Origin: an uncultured Gammaproteobacteria bacterium
GTDB taxonomy: Bacteria > Patescibacteriota > Patescibacteriia > Patescibacteriales > GWC2-42-12
DNA length: 51,451 nucleotides
Direction of reading: 5' to 3'
NCBI GenBank assembly: GCA_964526325.1
Contig: CAZGKM010000009.1
Location: forward strand, 1-51,451
Below, one piece after another: positions 36,022-42,970 of the stretch. The notes beneath the pieces were generated by a model. It saw only the letters and a list, made by a program, of their open reading frames with translations. It was not told the origin of the DNA and did no database searches. The position numbers and the translations under genes are program-made. How positions within the stretch are numbered: the first letter of the stretch is position 1; every line of letters begins with the position of its first letter.

Positions 36022-36258
36022 CTAATACCATTCAAAAACCCGGCTTTTCTTTTTGAGCATTTTTCCAATATGCTCTTTCTGCGCAATGTCTATTATTTGA
36101 AACATATAAATTAAATTGTACTTTCGGCCTTTAATTATTACCGGCCTTATGCCGTCTTCAATTTCCATTTCCATAATAATATCGGCAGAAATATTATTTT
36201 CGCGAAAAATCTTTTTTAAATTTTCGGCCTTCAAATTTTTAACGGCTAAAACCGCCAT
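36022..36258 (-). CDS. Hypothetical protein, 78 aa
   Basis: Strong SD aaggaggt 8 nt upstream of ATG, own terminator, no recognisable motif. Confidence 0.6.
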   Translation of the reverse strand: MAVLAVKNLKAENLKKIFRENNISADIIMEMEIEDGIRPVIIKGRKYNLIYMFQIIDIAQKEHIGKMLKKKSRVFEWY

Positions 36259-36430
36259 GACTTTTTACCTCCTTATTTTTAAGGTTCAAAATTATATATA
36301 AAACGCTGTATTATTTAATATTAAAAAATAGCACGCAAAGTGCTATCAGTCAATGGTAGACTATTGTATTGAGAATTGGAACACTCTTTATTATGAATTA
36401 AGGTGTTAGGACGTGGAAAAAATATTAAAA

Positions 36431-36471
36431 AGAAAAACGGTTAAAACAAAATTGTCTTAACCGTATTTTTA
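36431..36471 (-). terminator. Intrinsic terminator after the HIT gene
   Basis: ACGGTTAA/TTAACCGT stem with flanking T-runs. Confidence 0.7.
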
Positions 36472-36493
36472 TTCTGCGAAAGAGTTTCTTTTT

Positions 36494-36994
36494 TTATTTG
36501 CTCTTTCCCTTAATCCAAGCTCTTGCCATTTCATCAACTTTTTCTGTCGTATATCCATCAGGATCTGAATATATAACACTAAATTCTTCAAACATCTCTT
36601 TTAACTTTTGCATATCTGCGACGGGGATAAAAGGTCTTTTATCTGAAGGTAAGTATCCAGCATCATCATTTAATATCGGATGAAAGTGTTGATGAGAATG
36701 AGGCAAAGTTCGTCTTTTGTCATTAGCCGACAAATTGAAGACTGCGAAATCGACAAAACCTTCAACTTCAAACATTTTCTTAATTGCTTTTAAAATATCA
36801 TTGAGCTTAACAACTTGCTTTTTTTGAAGCATATGAATTTCAGTGATATGCTCCTTAGGAACTATTAGCAGATGGCCAAATTTCACTGGCTTTATGTTTG
36901 CCAAAATATAGAATTTATCATCCTCCCACAACAAGGGCAAATCCCGTCCCTTAACAGGATCCTTTCTCGTACAAAGAAAGCAATTACTCTTCAT
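36494..36994 (-). CDS. HIT (histidine triad) family protein
   Basis: KPVKFGHLLIVPKEH and HSHQHFHP triad; SD ggaggga. Confidence 0.75.
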   Translation of the reverse strand: MKSNCFLCTRKDPVKGRDLPLLWEDDKFYILANIKPVKFGHLLIVPKEHITEIHMLQKKQVVKLNDILKAIKKMFEVEGFVDFAVFNLSANDKRRTLPHSHQHFHPILNDDAGYLPSDKRPFIPVADMQKLKEMFEEFSVIYSDPDGYTTEKVDEMARAWIKGKSK

Positions 36995-37052
36995 TTTCTC
37001 CCTCCTTCAATTTGATGTAAATGTACTTGTATTTGTTTTTACCCAATGTAAT

Positions 37053-37081
37053 ACATTACCAGAATCAAGGGTAATTGTCAA
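37053..37081 (-). promoter_or_regulatory. Promoter TTGACA-17-TAATGT for the HIT gene
   Basis: Minus strand: TTGACA 37081-37076 and TAATGT 37058-37053. Confidence 0.55.
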
Positions 37082-37090
37082 CTCTGAAAC

Positions 37091-37119
37091 AAAAAATCAC
37101 CTAAAATTAGGTGATTTTT
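37091..37119. terminator. Intrinsic terminator after the tRNA locus
   Basis: aaaaaATCACCTAaaatTAGGTGATtttt. Confidence 0.75.
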
Positions 37120-37125
37120 ATCTTG

Positions 37126-37344
37126 TAGCCCCTAGGAGAATCGAACTCCTATTACCAGGCCTGCCCCGCATCAAAATAATAATTTTCAGTACCGCTACGG
37201 GGAATCGAACCCCGGTTACCAGGATGAAAACCTGGTGTCCTAACCACTAGACGATAGCGGCATAATAATTCTAAACTACTGCAATAATAATTTTGGTGCG
37301 GGGATGAATAAAACCTGGTGTCCTAACCACTAGACGAAGGGGCC
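37126..37344 (-). tRNA. Interrupted tRNA-Glu-like gene: 5' half 37344-37314 and 3' half 37159-37126, separated by 154 nt that contain the tRNA-Glu above
   Basis: 5' half GGCCCCT-TC-GTCT-AGTGGTTA-GGAC-A-CCAGG. 3' half CCTGG-TAAT-AGGAG-TTCGATT-CTCCT-AGGGGCT-A. The acceptor stem (7 bp) and anticodon stem (5 bp) are fully complementary across the gap. Confidence 0.6.
37190..37261 (-). tRNA. tRNA-Glu (anticodon UUC), 72 nt, no encoded CCA
   Basis: GCCGCTA-TC-GTCT-AGTGGTTA-GGAC-A-CCAGG-TTTTCAT-CCTGG-TAAC-CGGGG-TTCGATT-CCCCG-TAGCGGT-A. Full cloverleaf with G1-U72 and A73. Confidence 0.9.
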
Positions 37345-37377
37345 AAAAATTATTAATTGTAAAATTTAACTTCTTTT

Positions 37378-37821
37378 TTACTCTCCAATTATCACTAAAG
37401 AAATTTGTCTCCCTCGAGACCGGTCAAGCTCAACGGCAAAAACTCTTTGCCATTGCCCAAGACCTAAACCGTTATTAACAATATTTAGCATAACCGAAGT
37501 CGGCAAATGTATTGCCTTGGCATGGGCATGGCCGTTATCGCACTCGCCATCGCACATATTAACTGTCCTGACTTCAAAATTGTCATGAGCGTATTCGGAA
37601 GTCCGGGGCGCCAGCTTTTCCAAAGACTTTTTTAAATCGGAGATTAAAAGCGGCTCAGCTTCATTAACCAATACGGCCATAGTCGTATGCAGGCTTTGGA
37701 TATTAATAATACCTTCAGTAATGCCCGCCTCCTTAATTTTCTCTTGAATTTTCTCGGTGACATCAATAAAATCTAAAGTTGTGGCAGTTTTTAAATCAAT
37801 GGCATATTTAATTACTTTCAT
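37378..37821 (-). CDS. yjbQ: YjbQ/UPF0047 family protein (secondary thiamine-phosphate synthase-like)
   Basis: 147 aa; SLHTTMAVLVNE, NGHAHAKA. Confidence 0.8.
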   Translation of the reverse strand: MKVIKYAIDLKTATTLDFIDVTEKIQEKIKEAGITEGIINIQSLHTTMAVLVNEAEPLLISDLKKSLEKLAPRTSEYAHDNFEVRTVNMCDGECDNGHAHAKAIHLPTSVMLNIVNNGLGLGQWQRVFAVELDRSRGRQISLVIIGE

Positions 37822-37882
37822 GTTTTAGCAATCGCTCAATACGCTAATTTAAAAATAAAAAGCCCCGTAACGGACTAAAAAA

Positions 37883-37911
37883 ATTATAATCTAAAATGAT
37901 AATTAAGTCAA
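37883..37911 (-). promoter_or_regulatory. Promoter TTGACT-17-TATAAT for yjbQ
   Basis: Minus strand: TTGACT 37911-37906 and TATAAT 37888-37883. Confidence 0.6.
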
Positions 37912-37967
37912 TTCTTTAGCATCTTACCTTAACAGCGCTTGCCTAATATAGGCCGTATCATGAATCG

Positions 37968-38579
37968 TTAAACCTCTGTTTTTAAAAATTTATTCTGTAA
38001 TTTACTGAATAGTGAAATAGCTATTATTGCGCCGATAAGGCACATAAACATATCCCATTGCGTATCCCAGACATCGCCCTGCGCTCCCAAAAAAGCCATT
38101 GAGGCTTCGCCGGTTAAAAGCGCAACCCACCATTCAAAAAATTCATATAAAGCGCTACCGCCTAAAATTGCCATGATAATAAAAGCAGATAACCATTTCC
38201 GGCTGTTAAAAACAATTTTACGAATAACTATTTCCCGCAAGACTAAGGCCGGACCGAAACCCTGGAAAAAATGGCCGACGCGATCGTAATTGTTACGCGC
38301 CATATTAAAAGTTTCTTTAAGCCAGTTAAATAAAGGCACTTCGGCATAAGTCCAATGCCCGCCAATCATTAAAATTATTGAATGAGTCAGGATTATAAAA
38401 TAAGAAAAATTGGAAAAACGAAATTTTTTAAAAGTCAGGGCTAAAATTATGAAAGCCACTATCGCCGGCGCCACTTCTAAATACCAGGTAAGCCGGTCAT
38501 GAGGGTTTATCCCGGACCATAAAAGAGTTATAAAAAATATAACAACATACGAGATTAAAATTTTACTGCCTCTAAGCAT
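37968..38579 (-). CDS. yjdF: DUF2238 / YjdF-like inner membrane protein
   Basis: 6 TM segments; NNYDRVGHFFQGFGPA motif as I recall it for DUF2238. Confidence 0.7.
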   Translation of the reverse strand: MLRGSKILISYVVIFFITLLWSGINPHDRLTWYLEVAPAIVAFIILALTFKKFRFSNFSYFIILTHSIILMIGGHWTYAEVPLFNWLKETFNMARNNYDRVGHFFQGFGPALVLREIVIRKIVFNSRKWLSAFIIMAILGGSALYEFFEWWVALLTGEASMAFLGAQGDVWDTQWDMFMCLIGAIIAISLFSKLQNKFLKTEV

Positions 38580-38582
38580 AAA

Positions 38583-38651
38583 TTATTTTTTTCTTAATCG
38601 TTTTCTATGCCCCGCGCCTTTATGCTTGGACGGTTTTTTAATATTAGCCAT
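38583..38651 (-). CDS. 22-aa highly basic peptide ORF, translationally coupled to yjdF
   Basis: MANIKKPSKHKGAGHRKRLRKK. SD aaggaggg 4 nt upstream of ATG; its stop lies 3 nt before the yjdF ATG. Confidence 0.45.
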   Translation of the reverse strand: MANIKKPSKHKGAGHRKRLRKK

Positions 38652-38745
38652 TCTCCCTCCTTATTTATAATAAATTTATGTTTTAATTTTACCACTTTTA
38701 CCCCTAAAAATCAAACTATTATAAATTTAAAATAACAATCCTTAA

Positions 38746-38783
38746 TAAAACAGACCCTATCTTTTAGGAAAGGGTCTTTTTTC
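38746..38783. terminator. Hairpin terminator
   Basis: AGACCCTatcttttaggaaAGGGTCT followed by TTTTTTC. Confidence 0.65.
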
Positions 38784-38802
38784 TGCCGAACAAATTTCTG
38801 TC

Positions 38803-39018
38803 CTATTTTTTTTCATACGTAGACTTGCCGTCAGAAGTGTTATGAGTCACGCCGGTAATTGCGCCGGCGCGAACACTGCCAAAGGACAAATGAGCCTCCT
38901 GATGAATAGTATCCGATGAACCGTCTCTGTGCAGCTCAACCGTATCCTTGCCGACTATAAACGATCCGCTTTGTACAATTGACTCTTTACTCCCTACTAT
39001 ATCACTACCCTTTTTCAT
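38803..39018 (-). CDS. Hypothetical small protein, 71 aa, Ser/Gly/Thr-rich
   Basis: SD aaggaga 7 nt upstream of ATG; no recognisable motif. Confidence 0.5.
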   Translation of the reverse strand: MKKGSDIVGSKESIVQSGSFIVGKDTVELHRDGSSDTIHQEAHLSFGSVRAGAITGVTHNTSDGKSTYEKK

Positions 39019-39142
39019 AATCTTTCTCCTTTTCCGTCAAAAATTAACCGTTAATTGGTATTTTATAATCCAACCCATTTGAATGTGCCATAGAAAAAGT
39101 AGCATATTATTAATTTTAAATCAAGAAAATTTAGCCAAAAAT

Positions 39143-39174
39143 AAAAGAGCGCCTTGATAACAAAGCGCTCTTTT
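39143..39174. terminator. Bidirectional hairpin terminator
   Basis: AAAAGAGCGCcttgataacaaaGCGCTCTTTT. Confidence 0.7.
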
Positions 39175-39205
39175 ATTAGATTGTAAAAACTTCAATAAAT
39201 GAAAG

Positions 39206-39230
39206 GGGGTTGAAATAAATTTCAAACCCC
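39206..39230 (-). terminator. Hairpin after the 53-aa hydrophobic ORF
   Basis: GGGGTTGAAATaaATTTCAAACCCC, starting 7 nt after the stop. Confidence 0.6.
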
Positions 39231-39236
39231 TTGTCT

Positions 39237-39398
39237 TTATTGGAGTGGCAAGCTGCCGGCCGAATCGAGAAGTTTACTGATAATCAGTAAAACCTTCATA
39301 ACGATTTCGACTGCAATCATGCCGACTTCGGGCAGGGCCAAACGCAGGATCAGAATGGTCAGAACCAGCGAAAATGCCCCGCCTAATGATTTGGCCAT
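39237..39398 (-). CDS. 53-aa hydrophobic mini-protein (below the track cutoff)
   Basis: MAKSLGGAFSLVLTILILRLALPEVGMIAVEIVMKVLLIISKLLDSAGSLPLQ. Two hydrophobic helices; followed by a hairpin. Confidence 0.5.
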   Translation of the reverse strand: MAKSLGGAFSLVLTILILRLALPEVGMIAVEIVMKVLLIISKLLDSAGSLPLQ

Positions 39399-39530
39399 AT
39401 ATTTCTCTTAATTTAAGAGAAGGGTTTCGCCGGTCGACTACTCCGGTCCTTTGAATGCTTTTTAGCATCGCCCTTCCGACAACTTGGGGTATAAACCCGA
39501 AAGTATCGAAAGGTTTTGGACTAGAGATTA
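39399..39530 (-). promoter_or_regulatory. Structured GC-enriched 5' leader, including a hairpin that covers the only SD-like sequence
   Basis: TCTCTTAaatTAAGAGA perfect 7-bp hairpin 5 nt before ATG; further stems GATGCT/AGCATT and CGACCGG repeats. Confidence 0.35.
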
Positions 39531-39711
39531 AAACATTAGATTATTAAGGAACATATCACTATAACATAACTAATTAATTATGTCAAAAGTTGTAATATTA
39601 ATAATAGTTTTATCTATTTGTTTATGATAAAATTATTAATATGATAAAAAATAATAAAATTGGTTTACCTCGTTAGAAATATTTTTATACTAAAAAATAA
39701 AATTTTAAAAT

Positions 39712-40242
39712 ATGCTAAGCGAAAACAAAGTTAAAAACAATTTAAATAAAAATAAATTTCTAACGGGGTTTACCCTGATGGAAATTCTGGTGGTTATAGG
39801 CATAATCGGCCTGCTAGCCGCTATTTCGGTTGTTTTACTTACACCGGCTTTAAAGAAGGGCCGGGACGCTAAGAGAAAAAATGACCTGGCGCAAATCGGC
39901 AGATTTTTGTCTTTGTCCTGTTATTCGCCTGATGCCGGCGACGGCGAATATGACTTAGCTTCATTATTTGAAGAGATAAAAATAAAAAACCCCCAGATTT
40001 CTAATTTTATAAAAAGCTCGCCTAAAGATCCGTTAATAGGCACGGATAGCCAATCTTTTTATATTTATAAAATAACGGACGGAGGCAAAAAATGCGTTTT
40101 ATACGCTAATTTGGAAAATAACGGCGAGCCGATCACTCTGCCGTCTATTTCCGCGCCTACTCCGGGCGGCGGCACCGGAGTTTACGAAGCCGGCGCGGCC
40201 GGCTGGAATAATACGGCTAAATTTTTTCAATTCTCAAATTAA
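39712..40242 (+). CDS. Type IV pilin / pseudopilin with prepilin N-methylation motif
   Basis: G|FTLMEILVVIGIIGLLAAI preceded by a 17-18-aa leader. Confidence 0.85.
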   Translation: MLSENKVKNNLNKNKFLTGFTLMEILVVIGIIGLLAAISVVLLTPALKKGRDAKRKNDLAQIGRFLSLSCYSPDAGDGEYDLASLFEEIKIKNPQISNFIKSSPKDPLIGTDSQSFYIYKITDGGKKCVLYANLENNGEPITLPSISAPTPGGGTGVYEAGAAGWNNTAKFFQFSN

Positions 40243-40343
40243 TAAACAAAACATCTTGACGTCTTTATTTTTTCATGTTTAACTATAATATTGCTCTATA
40301 AAACATAATAATCAACTATTAAAAGCAAAAAGGAGAAAATGGT

Positions 40344-40553
40344 ATGATAGAGGAGAAAAATATACTTAAAACAACAACGGCCTCCTGCGAATTTTGTGGT
40401 TGTCCAAAATGTGGCAGTTGTCTTTTAAACGAAGAACAGACGGAAGCTTGGGATGATTATCTGCTTGAGGATCATATGAGCACAGAGCGAGTTATAAAAT
40501 GCAGTTTATGCGGGCATAGTGTTGAAGTCACTCTGCTACCATTTAAAACTTAA
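40344..40553 (+). CDS. Cys-rich zinc-ribbon-like small protein, 69 aa
   Basis: CEFCGCPKCGSC ... CSLCGH; SD aaggaga. Confidence 0.55.
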   Translation: MIEEKNILKTTTASCEFCGCPKCGSCLLNEEQTEAWDDYLLEDHMSTERVIKCSLCGHSVEVTLLPFKT

Positions 40554-40596
40554 CCCATTACAATAAATTAATATTATTTAACAGTTTTTATTACTG

Positions 40597-40626
40597 CGCC
40601 CGGCGAAAAAATCGTCGGGTTTTTTA
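40597..40626 (+). terminator. Intrinsic terminator
   Basis: GCCCGGCGaaaaaatCGTCGGGT followed by TTTTT. Confidence 0.65.
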
Positions 40627-40655
40627 AAAATTATTAAGCGACAAATTTAACAATT

Positions 40656-40686
40656 TAAAAACACCCCGCAAATTCGGGGTGTTTTT
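40656..40686. terminator. Bidirectional intrinsic terminator
   Basis: aaaACACCCCGcaaatTCGGGGTGTtttt. Confidence 0.75.
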
Positions 40687-40698
40687 AAATTGCGCTAT

Positions 40699-40893
40699 TT
40701 ATTTCTTCTCTTCTTCTTCTTTCTCGCCAAGCCAGCTGCAACAACCGTCGCCGCCTTTTTTTCTCAACATATTCAACCCGATGAGAATCAGAATCACCGG
40801 CCAAATCACCGACCAATTCAGCCAGGAAATAAAGCCCAAATTTTCCAAAAGAAAAATTGTTCCTAAAATAATTAACAGCCAAGGCATAAACAT
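40699..40893 (-). CDS. Small two-TM membrane protein (LiaF-TM/DUF5668-like) with acidic/basic tail
   Basis: WLLIILGTIFLLENLG..WPVILILIGLNML. Preferred over the overlapping track ORFs 40679..40933 and 40685..40882. Confidence 0.55.
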   Translation of the reverse strand: MFMPWLLIILGTIFLLENLGFISWLNWSVIWPVILILIGLNMLRKKGGDGCCSWLGEKEEEEKK

Positions 40894-40913
40894 AAAATTA
40901 TATTTAAGAATTA

Positions 40914-41990
40914 TTATTTCAATTCTTTCTTAAACCAATCCACCCAGGGGATTTTAACTGGATTCAAATTATTTAACATAGCCAAATAATATGAAACCCA
41001 GGCGCCAAGCTGCAGCATTTCAAAAGCTTGCATAAATTTTGTACTGCCGTTTAGCTTATGTTCAACATACTGAATTTTATTCTGCTTAACCACCTGTTTG
41101 GTTAAATCGGCCCGCTTGCCGACGCGCGGATGATAGAGCAAAGAATCAAAAAACAAAAATATCAAATTTTCTTTATTGCTTTTTGGATTGACCAAACTCT
41201 CTAAGGCATAATGATTTAAATCCGGAAGCTCTAAGTAAGCGGCAAAATTTTTGCTGGTTTCGTTTATTTGATTTCTTAAAATATTTAAGTTGCCGGTTAA
41301 GAATTCCGCGCCGATTAATACCGGAATCCGGCCGTATAATTTAGCCGCGATTTTTTTAGCTTGATTATTTTTTAAAGGCACGAGCGGACCTAGCCGGCAG
41401 TCAGATAATCTAAGTTTATCGATTATTTCCGCCATGTCTTTTTTCTTTATTTCAAACAGCCCGGCTTTAGAAAGCAAAATGGCCGCGCCGAAAACCGAAT
41501 AGCCCAGCCCTAAGCGAGGCTGGCCGCTTGGATTAAATTCCGGCTTAAACATAAACCCGGGGATTTTATCTTTTATCATCAAGCGCGCCAATTTGCCTGC
41601 TCCGGCCTCGGTAATAGCCATAATTTTAGCGCCGCGTTTTTTTACTTGCGTATAAACGCTTAACGGTTCTTCGGTAGTGCCCGAATAAGAAGAAATTAAA
41701 TACAAAGTGTTTTTATTTACCGAGGCCGGCACCTGATACCCCGGAGTGATGCTGATAGGCACTTTTATTTGATCGCTTAAAGCCGCTTTGACCAGGCCGA
41801 TGCCGATGTTAGATCCGCCCATGCCGTTAACCACAACCTGCGTCACGCGGCTATACTCGCGCGGCACTTTTATTAAGTGCGCTTGATCAAAAACCTGCTT
41901 CATCTGATCGGCTAAAGATTGAATGGATTCGGCTACCTTGTCGGTGTCTAATTTTTTATAAATTTTTTGGTCGTCTAAATTGAATGTCAT
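40914..41990 (-). CDS. SIS-domain bifunctional phosphoglucose/phosphomannose isomerase (archaeal type)
   Basis: VVNGMGGSNIG, ISSYSGTTEE; 358 aa. Confidence 0.72.
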   Translation of the reverse strand: MTFNLDDQKIYKKLDTDKVAESIQSLADQMKQVFDQAHLIKVPREYSRVTQVVVNGMGGSNIGIGLVKAALSDQIKVPISITPGYQVPASVNKNTLYLISSYSGTTEEPLSVYTQVKKRGAKIMAITEAGAGKLARLMIKDKIPGFMFKPEFNPSGQPRLGLGYSVFGAAILLSKAGLFEIKKKDMAEIIDKLRLSDCRLGPLVPLKNNQAKKIAAKLYGRIPVLIGAEFLTGNLNILRNQINETSKNFAAYLELPDLNHYALESLVNPKSNKENLIFLFFDSLLYHPRVGKRADLTKQVVKQNKIQYVEHKLNGSTKFMQAFEMLQLGAWVSYYLAMLNNLNPVKIPWVDWFKKELK

Positions 41991-42121
41991 AATATTAAAA
42001 TTTTATTGTGTTTTTATTATAACATAACCTTGATTTTTGTCTAAACTTCTGTTAGATTAATTTCATCAGCCATAAGCTGATTTTTGGTAAATATACTAAT
42101 AACAAATTCATAATTCGCTTT

Positions 42122-42844
42122 ATGTCAGGACACTCCAAATGGGCTACAACTAAAAGGCAAAAAGCCGTAGTGGACGCTAAAAAAGGAGCGATTTTTACAA
42201 AAATCGCCAAGTTGATCACTATTGCGGCGCGCAAAGGCGGCGACCCGGCCGTTAATTTCAGCCTGCGCATAGCTATTGATAAAGCCAAGGCGATCAATAT
42301 GCCTAAAGACAATATTGATCGCGCGATTAAGCGCGGCACCGGCGAATCTGGCGGCGCGCAAATCGAAGAATTTATTTACGAAGGCATCGGTCCGTCTAAA
42401 GCGCAATTTATCGTTAAATGCTTAAGCGACAATAAAAACCGCACGGCCGCGGAAATCCGCCATGTATTTTCTAAATATAACGGTTCGCTAAGCACTGTTA
42501 TGTGGAATTTCTCTCAGCTCGGAATAATTATGATCGAAAATGAAGAAATAAAAAATAAAAAACTAACTGACGAAAATTTTGAGCTTGAACTGATTGACGC
42601 CGGCGCCGAAGACATAAAAAGAGAAGATGAAGGCATGACTATTTATACCGCCCCGGCAGACTTCCAAAAAACCAAACAATTTTTGGAAAGTAAAAGCATT
42701 AAAACCGAATCGGCGGAAATTGAATACGTTGCCAAAGAAACCATGGACTTAAACGATGAAGAAAAAAACCAATTGGAAAAATTTATTGAAGAGCTGGATA
42801 ACAATGAAGATGTTTCGGACTATTATACAAACGTCAATATGTAA
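42122..42844 (+). CDS. yebC: YebC/PmpR family DNA-binding regulator
   Basis: MSGHSKWATTKRQKAVVDAKKG. Confidence 0.92.
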   Translation: MSGHSKWATTKRQKAVVDAKKGAIFTKIAKLITIAARKGGDPAVNFSLRIAIDKAKAINMPKDNIDRAIKRGTGESGGAQIEEFIYEGIGPSKAQFIVKCLSDNKNRTAAEIRHVFSKYNGSLSTVMWNFSQLGIIMIENEEIKNKKLTDENFELELIDAGAEDIKREDEGMTIYTAPADFQKTKQFLESKSIKTESAEIEYVAKETMDLNDEEKNQLEKFIEELDNNEDVSDYYTNVNM

Positions 42845-42856
42845 ATTAAACTTATT

Positions 42857-42961
42857 TTGTCATTGCGAGCGACCGGAGGAAGCGAAGCAATCTCACGTAC
42901 TCGGAGTTTAACCAAAGATTGCTTCGTCGCCCCGCAGATGCTGGACTCCTCGCAATGACAA
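42857..42961. mobile_element. Family A palindromic MITE/REP-like element
   Basis: TTGTCATTGCGAGCGACCGGAGGAAGCGAAGCAATCTCACG ... AAGATTGCTTCGTCGCC ... CTCCTCGCAATGACAA. Confidence 0.85.
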
Positions 42962-42970
42962 ATTATTATA

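Noticed and set aside
37160-37313. Archaeal-type bulge-helix-bulge intron or group I intron in the tRNA
   Set aside because: I could not draw a 3-nt bulge / 4-bp helix / 3-nt bulge motif at the junctions. At 154 nt, of which 72 are a tRNA, the insert is too short and lacks group I core elements. The question is left open in the finding rather than claimed.
37126-37344. The outer tRNA as a stop-codon suppressor or recoding tRNA (joining UUUU A + GG would give anticodon UUA; UUU + CAGG would give UCA)
   Set aside because: These junctions are arbitrary. TAA and TGA clearly terminate the long, well-conserved ORFs throughout the window, so there is no sign of recoding.
38652-38802. yjdF-motif riboswitch upstream of the DUF2238/yjdF-like gene
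   Set aside because: The upstream region is AT-rich, has no obvious conserved stems, and is occupied by a strong-SD micro-ORF instead.
39274-39468. Track ORF of 64 aa on the minus strand
   Set aside because: It has an Arg/Ser/Gly-rich non-protein-like sequence and spans the predicted leader hairpins. The alternative frame (39237..39398) is hydrophobic and properly bounded.
39237-39540. Possible tmRNA or other housekeeping ncRNA in the GC-rich island (TGGAGTGGCAAGC at the 3' end looked like the complement of a CCA-type terminus)
   Set aside because: On the minus strand there is no GGGG...UUCGAC 5' end, no T-arm/acceptor pairing, no tag reading frame ending in a stop, and no CCA-adjacent acceptor. 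A coherent hydrophobic 53-aa ORF plus hairpin explains the segment better.
40679-40933. Track ORFs 40679..40933 (+) and 40685..40882 (-)
   Set aside because: They overlap the 40699..40893 (-) frame. That frame gives a clean two-TM protein, sits between the pgi/pmi stop and a bidirectional terminator, and is the only one with protein-like composition.
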